DNA of 64,000 bases. It comes from Clostridiales bacterium (lineage in GTDB: Bacteria; Bacillota; Clostridia; Christensenellales; JAISNN01). The notes below the pieces were generated by a model that saw nothing but the letters and a program-made list of their open reading frames with translations, was not told where the DNA came from and did no database searches. Of the stretch, positions 50,365 through 58,667 are shown piece after piece. Numbering within the stretch: position 1 is the first letter of the stretch; each line of letters starts with the position of its first letter. The stretch covers positions 5,165 through 69,164 of the forward strand of contig JAISNN010000077.1 in NCBI GenBank assembly GCA_031276195.1, in the 5' to 3' direction. The translations under genes were made by a program, and so were the position numbers.

Positions 50365-51222
50365 GTGAAAAAAGATTCAAAAAAACCTTCTTTAAAATCG
50401 GATTTTTATAAAAAAAGAAAGATAGGTCTATACCTCGGAAAATCATACGTTTGGCTGATTCTCGCCCTTTTGTACGTACCCATCCTTATGATCGTCGTCT
50501 ATTCTTTTTCCGACGGCGCGGGCTTTGCGAATTTCCGTTTCTCGACGGCGAACTTCACCGAACTTTTCACATCCGATTCGGACAGCGTGCAAAGAATGAA
50601 AACCGCCCTTTTAAACACCGTCGTAATCGGGCTCGTCTCCTCGCTTTTCGCGACGGTTTTGGGAACGTTGGGCGCGGTCGGCTTGAACGGTATGAGCAAA
50701 AAGCCGCGCAACGTCCTGCTCAATCTCTCGAACGTCCCGATCTTCAACGCCGATATCATAACCGCCCTCGCCCTTATGTTCTTTTTTCTCTTTATCAAGG
50801 TTGACAGAAGCGTTTTCACCGTCTTGATCGGGCATATCGCGATGACCTGCCCGTATGTTATGCTGAGCGTCCTGCCCCGCCTAAAACAAATGAATATGTC
50901 CGTATACGAGGCGGCTCTCGACCTCGGCGCGACGCCCTTTTCCGCGCTGATTAAAATTATAGTGCCGGAAGTTTTCCCGGGAATGGTTTCGGGATTCGCG
51001 CTGGCGTTCACCCTCTCTATCGACGACTTTATCATTACGCAGTTCAACCGGAGTTCGACTTTCGAGACGCTCTCGACCTATATATATTCGCAGGCGGCGG
51101 GAAAGGCGGGGCTGAGCGGCGCGCTGAAACCCTTGTCCGCGCTGATTTTTCTGACCGTTTTGGCGGGGCTGGTGATATATAATATCCAAAAAAATAAAAA
51201 AGCGAAGGCGGCGAAGCGGTAA
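50365..51222 (+). CDS. potC: spermidine/putrescine ABC transporter permease
   Basis: EAA loop YEAALDLGATPFSALIKIIVP; start assigned to in-frame GTG 50365 with AGGAGG RBS 6 nt upstream (the track ATG 50329 lacks an RBS). Confidence 0.8.
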   Translation: MKKDSKKPSLKSDFYKKRKIGLYLGKSYVWLILALLYVPILMIVVYSFSDGAGFANFRFSTANFTELFTSDSDSVQRMKTALLNTVVIGLVSSLFATVLGTLGAVGLNGMSKKPRNVLLNLSNVPIFNADIITALALMFFFLFIKVDRSVFTVLIGHIAMTCPYVMLSVLPRLKQMNMSVYEAALDLGATPFSALIKIIVPEVFPGMVSGFALAFTLSIDDFIITQFNRSSTFETLSTYIYSQAAGKAGLSGALKPLSALIFLTVLAGLVIYNIQKNKKAKAAKR

Positions 51223-51440
51223 CGCTTAATTTGACGGTTATAATATCAAAATATCACATAAAAAAAACAAGTACGGCGAAGCGGCAACGCTTAATTTTGA
51301 TATTTAACATACAATCCCAAACCATTTTTAATGCAAAATGCACGGTATTAAATATTCATTTATTCAATATTGAGTATTAAATATACAGCCCGGTATACAA
51401 TTTTTAAAAAAAACAATAAAAAAGGAGTTATCAAAAAAAA

Positions 51441-53045
51441 ATGAAAAAAACAAAGTTCATCGTTCTGCTTTTGGTTTTGGCGATCTGCCTGCCCGTCTTG
51501 GCGGCTTGCAACACCGCCACACCCGACGACGTCCTCTACGTCTACAACTGGGAGGACTATATCAGCGAGGATCTGATCAAAGCCTTTGAAGAAAAATATA
51601 GCGTTACCGTCGAAGTTCCGACCTTCGACACAAACGAAACTATGATCACAAACCTTGTCGACGGAAAACAGTCCTACGACATAATCTGCCCGTCCGACTA
51701 CGCCATTCAGCAACTCATAAAACGCAAACTCTTGGAACCGCTTGACAAGGACAAATTGCCCGTATATTTTGAAAACGTTTCGTACGGCGTCCACGACAAA
51801 TTCGAGGGCATCATAACGGACGACGCGGACAATCTTTACGCGATCGGCTATATGTGGGGCATTATGGGCATCCTGTATAACGTCGAAAAACTTGAAGAAA
51901 AAGGCTTTTCAGTCGAAAACGACAATATCGACACATGGGGCTTGCTGTTTGAGGAGGAGTTTAAAGGGCAGGTCTATATGAAAGACAGCATAAGGGACAC
52001 TTTCGCCGCGCTCTCGCTTTGGGCATACAGAGAAGAATTGGCAAGCGGCGAATTAAAACCTCAGGACGTTTTGTCGAACGATAAAGACGGCTTGATCGAC
52101 CGCGTAAAAGCGGTGTTTAAAGAACAAAAAAGCAAGGTTTCTCCCCTTTTCGAGGTCGACGAGGCGAAAAACAGTTTGGCGGAGGGGCAGTACGCTATGG
52201 CTCTTATGTGGAGCGGCGACGCTTATGAATCCATCTTGAACGCCGCCGAAAAAGGCATAGAACTCGGTTTTGCATATCCTACGGAGGGCAATAACATATT
52301 CTTTGACGGGCTGGCGATTCCGAAAAACGATAAGCGCACGGATGCCAAACGCGACCTTATATATAAGTTTTTGAATTTCATATCCGAACCCGAAAACGCC
52401 GCCGTCAATATGGAAGCGACGGGCTACACGAGCGTTATCGCGGGAACGGGTACGACGGTCGACGACAATCCTATTTTGAAATACGCGCATGTTTCGGAGG
52501 AAGAGGGCGGCGAAGTAAACAACTTCTTTTTTCCCGAAGGCGTGGACGTTCCCGTCGACACTCTTTTGTATCCATCGCCCGAATATTTGGCTGAAAAATG
52601 CGCGATAATGTACGACTACGGCGACAGAACGGAAGCCTTTAACGACGCGTGGGTCGAACTTATGGGCAACGTCGGCGGCGATGACGAAGGACTGCCGGGC
52701 TGGGCGGTCGCATTGATCGTCATAGGATCGATATTGGTCGTTTTGGGCGTCTTGGGCTTTGTATTCAGAGCGAAAGTCGCGGACTTTATCGGCAAAAAAT
52801 TCCCAAACCTCTTAAAGAAAAATACGGCTGATTCCGCGGCAAGCGGCGCGGCAAACGCGCCGAAACCTTCTTCCGCAAGCGGCGCGGAAACGGAAAAATC
52901 GCCCGGAAACGCAACGACGAAAGCCGAAAAACCCTCCCCCGCTCCGTCCGAAACGGAAAGCGGCAAGACCGCCGAACAACACGCGGACAAAAAACCGCCC
53001 GCATTCGACGATGACGACGACGAATTTATTCCTCCCGTCAAATAA
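51441..53045 (+). CDS. potD: spermidine/putrescine-binding lipoprotein with C-terminal TM helix and low-complexity acidic tail
   Basis: lipobox LAAC; PotD/PotF SBP fold over about 400 aa; then GWAVALIVIGSILVVLGVLGFVF TM and an Ala/Ser/Pro/Lys-rich tail ending DDDDDEFIPPVK. Confidence 0.8.
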   Translation: MKKTKFIVLLLVLAICLPVLAACNTATPDDVLYVYNWEDYISEDLIKAFEEKYSVTVEVPTFDTNETMITNLVDGKQSYDIICPSDYAIQQLIKRKLLEPLDKDKLPVYFENVSYGVHDKFEGIITDDADNLYAIGYMWGIMGILYNVEKLEEKGFSVENDNIDTWGLLFEEEFKGQVYMKDSIRDTFAALSLWAYREELASGELKPQDVLSNDKDGLIDRVKAVFKEQKSKVSPLFEVDEAKNSLAEGQYAMALMWSGDAYESILNAAEKGIELGFAYPTEGNNIFFDGLAIPKNDKRTDAKRDLIYKFLNFISEPENAAVNMEATGYTSVIAGTGTTVDDNPILKYAHVSEEEGGEVNNFFFPEGVDVPVDTLLYPSPEYLAEKCAIMYDYGDRTEAFNDAWVELMGNVGGDDEGLPGWAVALIVIGSILVVLGVLGFVFRAKVADFIGKKFPNLLKKNTADSAASGAANAPKPSSASGAETEKSPGNATTKAEKPSPAPSETESGKTAEQHADKKPPAFDDDDDEFIPPVK

Positions 53046-53183
53046 AAAGCGGACAAAAAACCGCCCGCGTTCGATGATGACAACGACGATGAATTTATTC
53101 CTCCCGTCAAATAAAAAGCGGACAAAAAACCGCCCGCATTCGACGATGACGACGACGATGAATTTATTCCTCCCGTCAAATAA
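52978..53183. repeat. 69-bp tandem repeat x3 (potD tail codons + stop)
   Basis: AAAAGCGGACAAAAAACCGCCCGCRTTCGAYGATGAC(GAC/AAC)GACGA(T)GAATTTATTCCTCCCGTCAAATAA three times; only copy 1 is inside the ORF. Confidence 0.85.
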
Positions 53184-53220
53184 AAAACGTATAGTTTAAA
53201 AAAATAAAAAATAAAAACAG

Positions 53221-53255
53221 CCCCTTGATTTAACCTTTCAAGGGGTTTGTTTTAT
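53221..53255 (+). terminator. intrinsic terminator after potD
   Basis: CCCCTTGATTTAACCTTTCAAGGGG hairpin followed by TTTGTTTT. Confidence 0.6.
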
Positions 53256-53380
53256 AAAGCGAGAATACATCCCGATTTAAAAATATAACAAATAAAGCGA
53301 ATTCCTTGATTTACAATCTTTCGATCTTGTTTGTTTTATACCGAAAAAAAACACGCCAACGTAAAAAAATTAATATCCTT

Positions 53381-53690
53381 GTAAATTCCCCTCCGCGGGA
53401 GGGGCAAGGGGTGGGGCGAACTTTCCTTACTATCCTCAATTCCCCTCTTAAAGCGCATCTTTCCGCATTTCTCTAATTTTCCGCTATTCCCCTCCGCGGG
53501 AGGGATCAAAGGGGTGGGGCGAAACGTTCGCTTGATATTTTACCGTTTACGTCAATGACAACGGGGCTTACAAAGCGATGCATTTTCCCCCGTTCTCTCA
53601 TTATCCTCAATTCCCCTCCGCGGGAGGGATCAAAGGGGTAGGGCGGCATTATGAAATTATTATATTCCTCAATTCCCCTCCGTATAGAAA
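53381..53690. repeat. cluster of 3 complete + 2 truncated short palindromic elements
   Basis: complete copies at 53388-53420, 53489-53522, 53609-53640; truncated AATTCCCCTC at about 53440 and 53674; irregular spacing (20-85 bp). Confidence 0.8.
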
Positions 53691-53726
53691 AAAAATTGAA
53701 AAAACTTTAAAAAAGTTAAAAATGAT

Positions 53727-53755
53727 TTGACATATCGCAATCTATATGATAATAT
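53727..53755 (+). promoter_or_regulatory. sigma70-type promoter TTGACA-17-TAATAT
   Basis: TTGACA 53727-53732; -10 TAATAT 53750-53755 preceded by TG-containing TATATGA. Confidence 0.5.
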
Positions 53756-53799
53756 ATTTAAAATCGGTTTTTCGCGTAATTAAACGCGTAAAATCCGAC

Positions 53800-54000
53800 G
53801 TCATAGAGGCGCGGAATATCAATAGTAACTTTTTTTTAAGAGGGCTTCGCGGCTTTCGCATATTCTTTCCCGTCCGCTTTACGGGAAGTTATGACCGTTA
53901 AGAAAAGTGAAAGGGATTTTCCGCCGAAACAAAACGGAATTTTATCGCGGTTTTCCGTTTTGTTGGCCGCGCGGGGCTAATACCTCTCCGGCTGTCGCTT
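53800..54000 (+). promoter_or_regulatory. candidate lysine riboswitch (L-box)
   Basis: ordered conserved L-box blocks: AGAGGCGC (53808), AGTAAC (about 53826), GAAAGGG (53893), CCGAAAC (53907), TGGCCG (53957), GCTGTCGC (53990) over about 190 nt, followed by a U-rich stretch; downstream neighbourhood includes asd-dapA-dapB. Confidence 0.5.
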
Positions 54001-54249
54001 TTGTTTTGTATTTTGTTTTTCGGTCGTTTCGGCAAATACGGCGGTTAAAAGTTCCGCGTTGACCGATTAAAAACTTTGCGGTTAAAGTTTTCGGCGCGGG
54101 TTGCAAAAATACAAAAAAAATAAAGCGGAGCGCTATGTTACTTCTAAAATTACGGGGTTTAAATAAGCGGCAGTTTTTTTAAACCGTTGTTTTGGGGCGG
54201 CATTAGCGGAATGCCGTCTTTATTTATACCTCGAAAAAAAATAAAAATT

Positions 54250-54600
54250 TACTTTCGGCATAACAAAAACGAAATAAAAAACGCGTTATCTTTCCACTTT
54301 CGGCATAACAAAAAACGAAATAAAAAACGCGTTGTCTTTCCCCGTTCGGCATAACAAAAACGAAATAAAAAACGCGTTATCTTTTCCCCGTTCGGCATAA
54401 CAAAAAACGAAACAAAAAACGCGTTATCTTTTCCCCGTTCGGCATAACAAAAACGAAATAAAAACGCGTTATCTTTCCCCGTTCGGCATAACAAAAAACG
54501 CGTTGTCTTTCCGCTTTCGGCATAACAAAAAACGAAATAAAAAACGCGTTATCTTTTCCCCGTTCGGCATAACAAAAACGAAACAAAAAAACGCGTTTTT
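54250..54600. repeat. 46-bp tandem repeat x about 7 (unit GTTCGGCATAACAAAAACGAAATAAAAAACGCGTTATCTTTTCCCC)
   Basis: near-identical units with no unique spacers; each contains the AACGCGTT palindrome; one unit internally deleted (54481-54515). Confidence 0.85.
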
Positions 54601-54666
54601 TTATAACGGAAAGAATAAAAAACTATATTTCCGTCATCCCCCAAAAAATCGGGAGGTAAAACAAAA

Positions 54667-55752
54667 TTGAGCGAAGAAAATAACGCTTTCAACGGCGAAT
54701 CAAACCCCGCCGTTTCATACGGTTGTTCCTCTTGCGGCGGCGCGCTCGAATACTCGCCCGAAAAGGGCGCGCTTTGCTGTCCGTACTGCGGAAATACGGA
54801 GGAAGTCGCGCGCGGCGAGTCCGCGGAACGCGATTTTTTGTCGCACGCCTCCTCTTCCGAGGGCTGGGCGGAAGAAGCGTTCGCCTATTCCTGCCCGAAC
54901 TGCGGAAGCGCGCAAGTCATCGAAAAAGACGACTTGACGCACGTATGCCCTTTTTGCGGCACGCAAGCCGTCCTGAACAGCGGCGTTTTGACGGGTATCA
55001 AACCCGACAGCCTGATCCCCTTTTCTCTGCCGCGGACAAAGGCGGAGGAGGCTTTTAAGGCGTGGACAAAGAGCCGTTTTTTCCTGCCGAACGCCCTAAA
55101 AAAACGGGCGGACGCCGATAAATATCACGGCGTGTTTATGCCCGTCTGGACGTTCGACGACAAAACCTTTTCCGATTATGAAGGGCTGCTCGGAAAACAC
55201 TACACCGTTACGGTCGGAAGCGGCAAAAACCGCCGCACCGAAGTACGCACGAGATATTTCAGCATTAAAGGTTCCGTTTCGGAATTTTTCGATGACGTTT
55301 GCATAAACGCCAGCGACAAAATCGAAAAAAAACATCTGAATAAAATTATGCCCTACGACACCAACAACGGCGTAAAATACGACAAAAAGTTTTTGGCGGG
55401 TTTTTCGGCGATACGGTATAACAAGGACATAAAAACCGCGTGGGCGGAGGCGAAAGACAATATCGCGGGGCGGCTCCGCGCGCTCATTTTGTCAAAATAT
55501 AACTATGACGTCGTGTCGCGCCTCAATATCCAAACGCGGCACACGAACATCACCTTTAAATATATACTGCTCCCCGTTTGGGTCTCGAATTTCAAATATA
55601 ATTCTAAAATATACAATTTTTTTATAAACGGAATAAGCGGAAAAGTTTCGGGAAAACGCCCGTACTCCGCGCCGAAAATTCTCGCCGCGATCGGAGGGGG
55701 ACTCGCCGCCGCGGGGCTGCTGTTTTTTCTCATTTCAAAACTTGCGGGGTAA
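54667..55752 (+). CDS. hypothetical zinc-ribbon protein with C-terminal TM anchor
   Basis: 361 aa; three CxxC..CPxCG pairs at the N-terminus (CSSCGG..CCPYCG; CPNCGS..CPFCG); C-terminal hydrophobic helix; TTG start with GGGAGG RBS. Confidence 0.5.
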   Translation: MSEENNAFNGESNPAVSYGCSSCGGALEYSPEKGALCCPYCGNTEEVARGESAERDFLSHASSSEGWAEEAFAYSCPNCGSAQVIEKDDLTHVCPFCGTQAVLNSGVLTGIKPDSLIPFSLPRTKAEEAFKAWTKSRFFLPNALKKRADADKYHGVFMPVWTFDDKTFSDYEGLLGKHYTVTVGSGKNRRTEVRTRYFSIKGSVSEFFDDVCINASDKIEKKHLNKIMPYDTNNGVKYDKKFLAGFSAIRYNKDIKTAWAEAKDNIAGRLRALILSKYNYDVVSRLNIQTRHTNITFKYILLPVWVSNFKYNSKIYNFFINGISGKVSGKRPYSAPKILAAIGGGLAAAGLLFFLISKLAG

Positions 55753-55789
55753 TGAAAGCGCGAACTTAGCGGAAATACTATACAGAGTC

Positions 55790-56000
55790 CAAACAACGGC
55801 ATACCGTACAAAATCTAAATAATGCAATACTCTAATAACGCGGCATACCGTGCAAAACCTAAACAATGCAATACTCTAATAACGCGGCATACCGTGCAAA
55901 ACCTAAACAATGCAATACTCTAATAACGCGGCATACCGTACAAAACCTAAATAATGCAATACTCTAATAACGCGGCATACTATGCAAAATCTAAATAATG
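55790..56000. repeat. about 57-bp tandem repeat x about 4 upstream of asd
   Basis: unit CTAAACAATGCAATACTCTAATAACGCGGCATACCGTGCAAAAC. Confidence 0.8.
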
Positions 56001-56130
56001 TAATATTCTAAAATACAGAATACTCCGCAAAACCGGTTAAATACCGCCGCTAACCGCCGCAAATGTAAAATCCCTTTCAATCACATCATAATATATAATA
56101 CACAATATATATCAAGGAGAAACAACGTCA

Positions 56131-57129
56131 ATGAAAAAGTACAATATCGCGGTCGTCGGCGCGACCGGTATGGTCGGAAATAAATTTTTGCAGGTTTTGT
56201 CCGAAAAAAATCTGCCCGTCGAAAACTACTATCTCTACGCCTCCGCGAAAAGCGCGGGCAAGGTCATAAATTTTATGGGCAAGGATCTCACCGTCCTCGA
56301 ACTCACGCGCGAAAATATCACGGGGAAAAATATCGATATCGCCCTCTTTTCGGCGGGCGCGTCGGTCAGCCGCGAGTTTGCGCCGGTGTTCGCGGAGGCG
56401 GGCGCGGTCGTGATCGACAACAGCAGTTGTTTTAGAATGGACAAGGACGTGCCGCTCGTCGTTCCGGAAGTCAACCCCGAAGACGTCTTTTGGAACAAGG
56501 GCGTCATCGCGAACCCGAATTGCTCGACGATTCAAGCCGTCGTCGCCTTGAAACCCCTGCACGACAAATACAAAATCAAAAGGATCGTCTATTCGACCTA
56601 TCAATCCGTGTCGGGCGCGGGAATGGGCGGTTATAACGACCTTATCGAGGGCGCGAAAGGCAATCCCCCGAAGAAATTTCCCTACCCTATTTTCAACAAT
56701 TTAATTCCTCAAATCGACGTCTTTTTGGAGGACGGGTACACGAAAGAGGAGGTCAAAATGATCAACGAAACGCGCAAAATCCTGCACGACGACGGTCTGA
56801 AAATCACGGCTACGACGGTCAGAGTTCCCGTAACGTACGGACACAGCGAATCTATAAACGTCGAGTTTTTTGAACCCTGTACGCTCGGCGGGATCAAGGA
56901 CGCGCTCAAAAATCAAGAGGGAATCGTTTTGTACGACGACATAAAAAACGGCGTATATCCGATGCCGTGCGTCTGCGAGGACAAAGACGAGGTTTTCGTG
57001 GGCAGAATCAGATTGGACGAGAGCGTCGAAAGCGGTTGTAATATATTCGTCGTCGCCGACAATATCCGAAAAGGCGCGGCGACAAACGCCGTCCAAATCG
57101 CCGAATATATCATCAAAAACGAAAAATAA
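56131..57129 (+). CDS. asd: aspartate-semialdehyde dehydrogenase
   Basis: 332 aa; VGATGMVG N-terminus, NPNCSTI active-site Cys, SGAG motif. Confidence 0.92.
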   Translation: MKKYNIAVVGATGMVGNKFLQVLSEKNLPVENYYLYASAKSAGKVINFMGKDLTVLELTRENITGKNIDIALFSAGASVSREFAPVFAEAGAVVIDNSSCFRMDKDVPLVVPEVNPEDVFWNKGVIANPNCSTIQAVVALKPLHDKYKIKRIVYSTYQSVSGAGMGGYNDLIEGAKGNPPKKFPYPIFNNLIPQIDVFLEDGYTKEEVKMINETRKILHDDGLKITATTVRVPVTYGHSESINVEFFEPCTLGGIKDALKNQEGIVLYDDIKNGVYPMPCVCEDKDEVFVGRIRLDESVESGCNIFVVADNIRKGAATNAVQIAEYIIKNEK

Positions 57130-57467
57130 TTATATAATATACGTTATATAAAACGGACGTAAAAACAAAAACGGTTATATGATATATATTATATAAATCA
57201 AACGCTTGAAAACCGGATAATATATAATATACGTTATATAAATCAAGCGTGAAAACCGAATAATATATACAATGTAAGTTACGTAAATACGCCGTGAAAA
57301 AACATAAAGAATTATATAATGTAAGTTATACCATTCCAAAACGAAAAACGGATAATATATAATACAAATTATATAAGCGCGGAAAAATAGAAAGAATTAT
57401 ATGATATATATTATATAAAAATTATATAAAAAAATAACGCGTATTAAAAAAACGGGAAGTGATTTTT

Positions 57468-58370
57468 ATGACAGACGCTATATTTAAAGGCTGCGGAACG
57501 GCTCTCATCACGCCCTTCACGGAGGGCGGCGGCGCGGTGGATTTTTCCGCGCTGGAACGTCTTATCGAGTTTCAGATTTCAAACGGGATAGATTCTCTCG
57601 TCGCGCTTGGCACGACGGGCGAAGCGATGACCCTCACCCCCTCCGAAAAAGAGGAGGTCATAAGGTTCGCGGTTTCAAAGATCAACCGCCGCGTTCCCGT
57701 CATAGTGGGAACGGGTTCAAATTCGACGGCTTGCGCGGTCGAAAATTCGCGCGCCGCCGAAAAACTCGGCGCGGACGGGATTCTCCTCGTTACCCCGTAC
57801 TACAATAAATGCACTCAAAACGGACTTATCGCCCATTTCGGCGCGGTTGCGGACGCGGTGGGGCTGCCCGTCGTCGCCTACAACGTCCCGGGACGCACGG
57901 GCGTGAACATTCTCCCCGCGACGTTTGCGAAAATGTGCGAACACAAAAACGTTTCCGCGATAAAGGAAGCGAGCGGCGACATCTCCCAAATTTCCGAAAC
58001 CGCCCGCCTGACGCGCGGCAAAGCGCACATATATTGCGGCGACGACGGGATAATTCTGCCCGTGATTAGCGTCGGGGGGATAGGCGTGATCAGCGTCGCG
58101 GCGAATATCGCGCCCAAATATTTTTCGGAATTGACCGCCGCCGCCCTGAGCGGACAAAAAAAAGCGGTCGAAATGCAACTCAACGCTTTACCCCTCATAA
58201 AGGCTCTTTTTTCCGAAGTCAATCCCATTCCCGTCAAGGCGGCGGCGGAACTGCTCGGGCTGTCCGGCGGCGCGGTCAGACTTCCCCTCACCCGGATCGA
58301 GGACGGCAATCTTTTGAATCTCAAAAAAGTTACGGACGAATTTTTTAAAGCGCAAGAAAATTTTTTTTAA
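57468..58370 (+). CDS. dapA: 4-hydroxy-tetrahydrodipicolinate synthase
   Basis: GTTGE motif (LGTTGEAMTLT), YNVPGRTG, Schiff-base K region; start set to ATG 57468 (MTDAIFKG). Confidence 0.9.
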   Translation: MTDAIFKGCGTALITPFTEGGGAVDFSALERLIEFQISNGIDSLVALGTTGEAMTLTPSEKEEVIRFAVSKINRRVPVIVGTGSNSTACAVENSRAAEKLGADGILLVTPYYNKCTQNGLIAHFGAVADAVGLPVVAYNVPGRTGVNILPATFAKMCEHKNVSAIKEASGDISQISETARLTRGKAHIYCGDDGIILPVISVGGIGVISVAANIAPKYFSELTAAALSGQKKAVEMQLNALPLIKALFSEVNPIPVKAAAELLGLSGGAVRLPLTRIEDGNLLNLKKVTDEFFKAQENFF

Positions 58371-58394
58371 CGCCGGGTTTAAAAGCGTATTTAG

Positions 58395-58660
58395 TATAAA
58401 TCCGCATTCTAAATTGTAGAAAAACGGATAAAATTTTCGCATTCGATATTAAAAAAGCATAAAAAAACGATTGTATTATTTTGTATTTCAATACTAAAAA
58501 AGTATAAATAACGATTGAAAACATTGTATATCCGTTATTAAAAAACATAAAAAAACGATTGAAAACATTATATATCCGCCGTTAAAAAAGCATAAAAAAC
58601 GATTGTATTATTTTGTCTTTCAATATTAAAAAGCATAAATAACGATTGAGTTAAAAAAAA
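58395..58660. repeat. about 60-bp tandem repeat x4 between dapA and dapB
   Basis: unit GTTAAAAAAGCATAAAAAACGATTGTATTATTTTGTATTTCAATACTAAAAA / variant ..GATTGAAAACATTGTATATCCG. Confidence 0.75.
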
Positions 58661-58667
58661 GGAAAAT

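Noticed and set aside
53381-53690. CRISPR-like cluster of palindromic repeats separated by 'spacers'
   Set aside because: Spacing is irregular (about 20, 40, 85, 30 bp). The repeats belong to the genome-wide dispersed palindromic element family, and two copies are truncated.
54250-54600. CRISPR array candidate (regular about 46-bp periodicity)
   Set aside because: The whole 46-bp unit repeats with no unique spacer sequences. There is no leader or cas genes nearby, so it is a simple tandem repeat.
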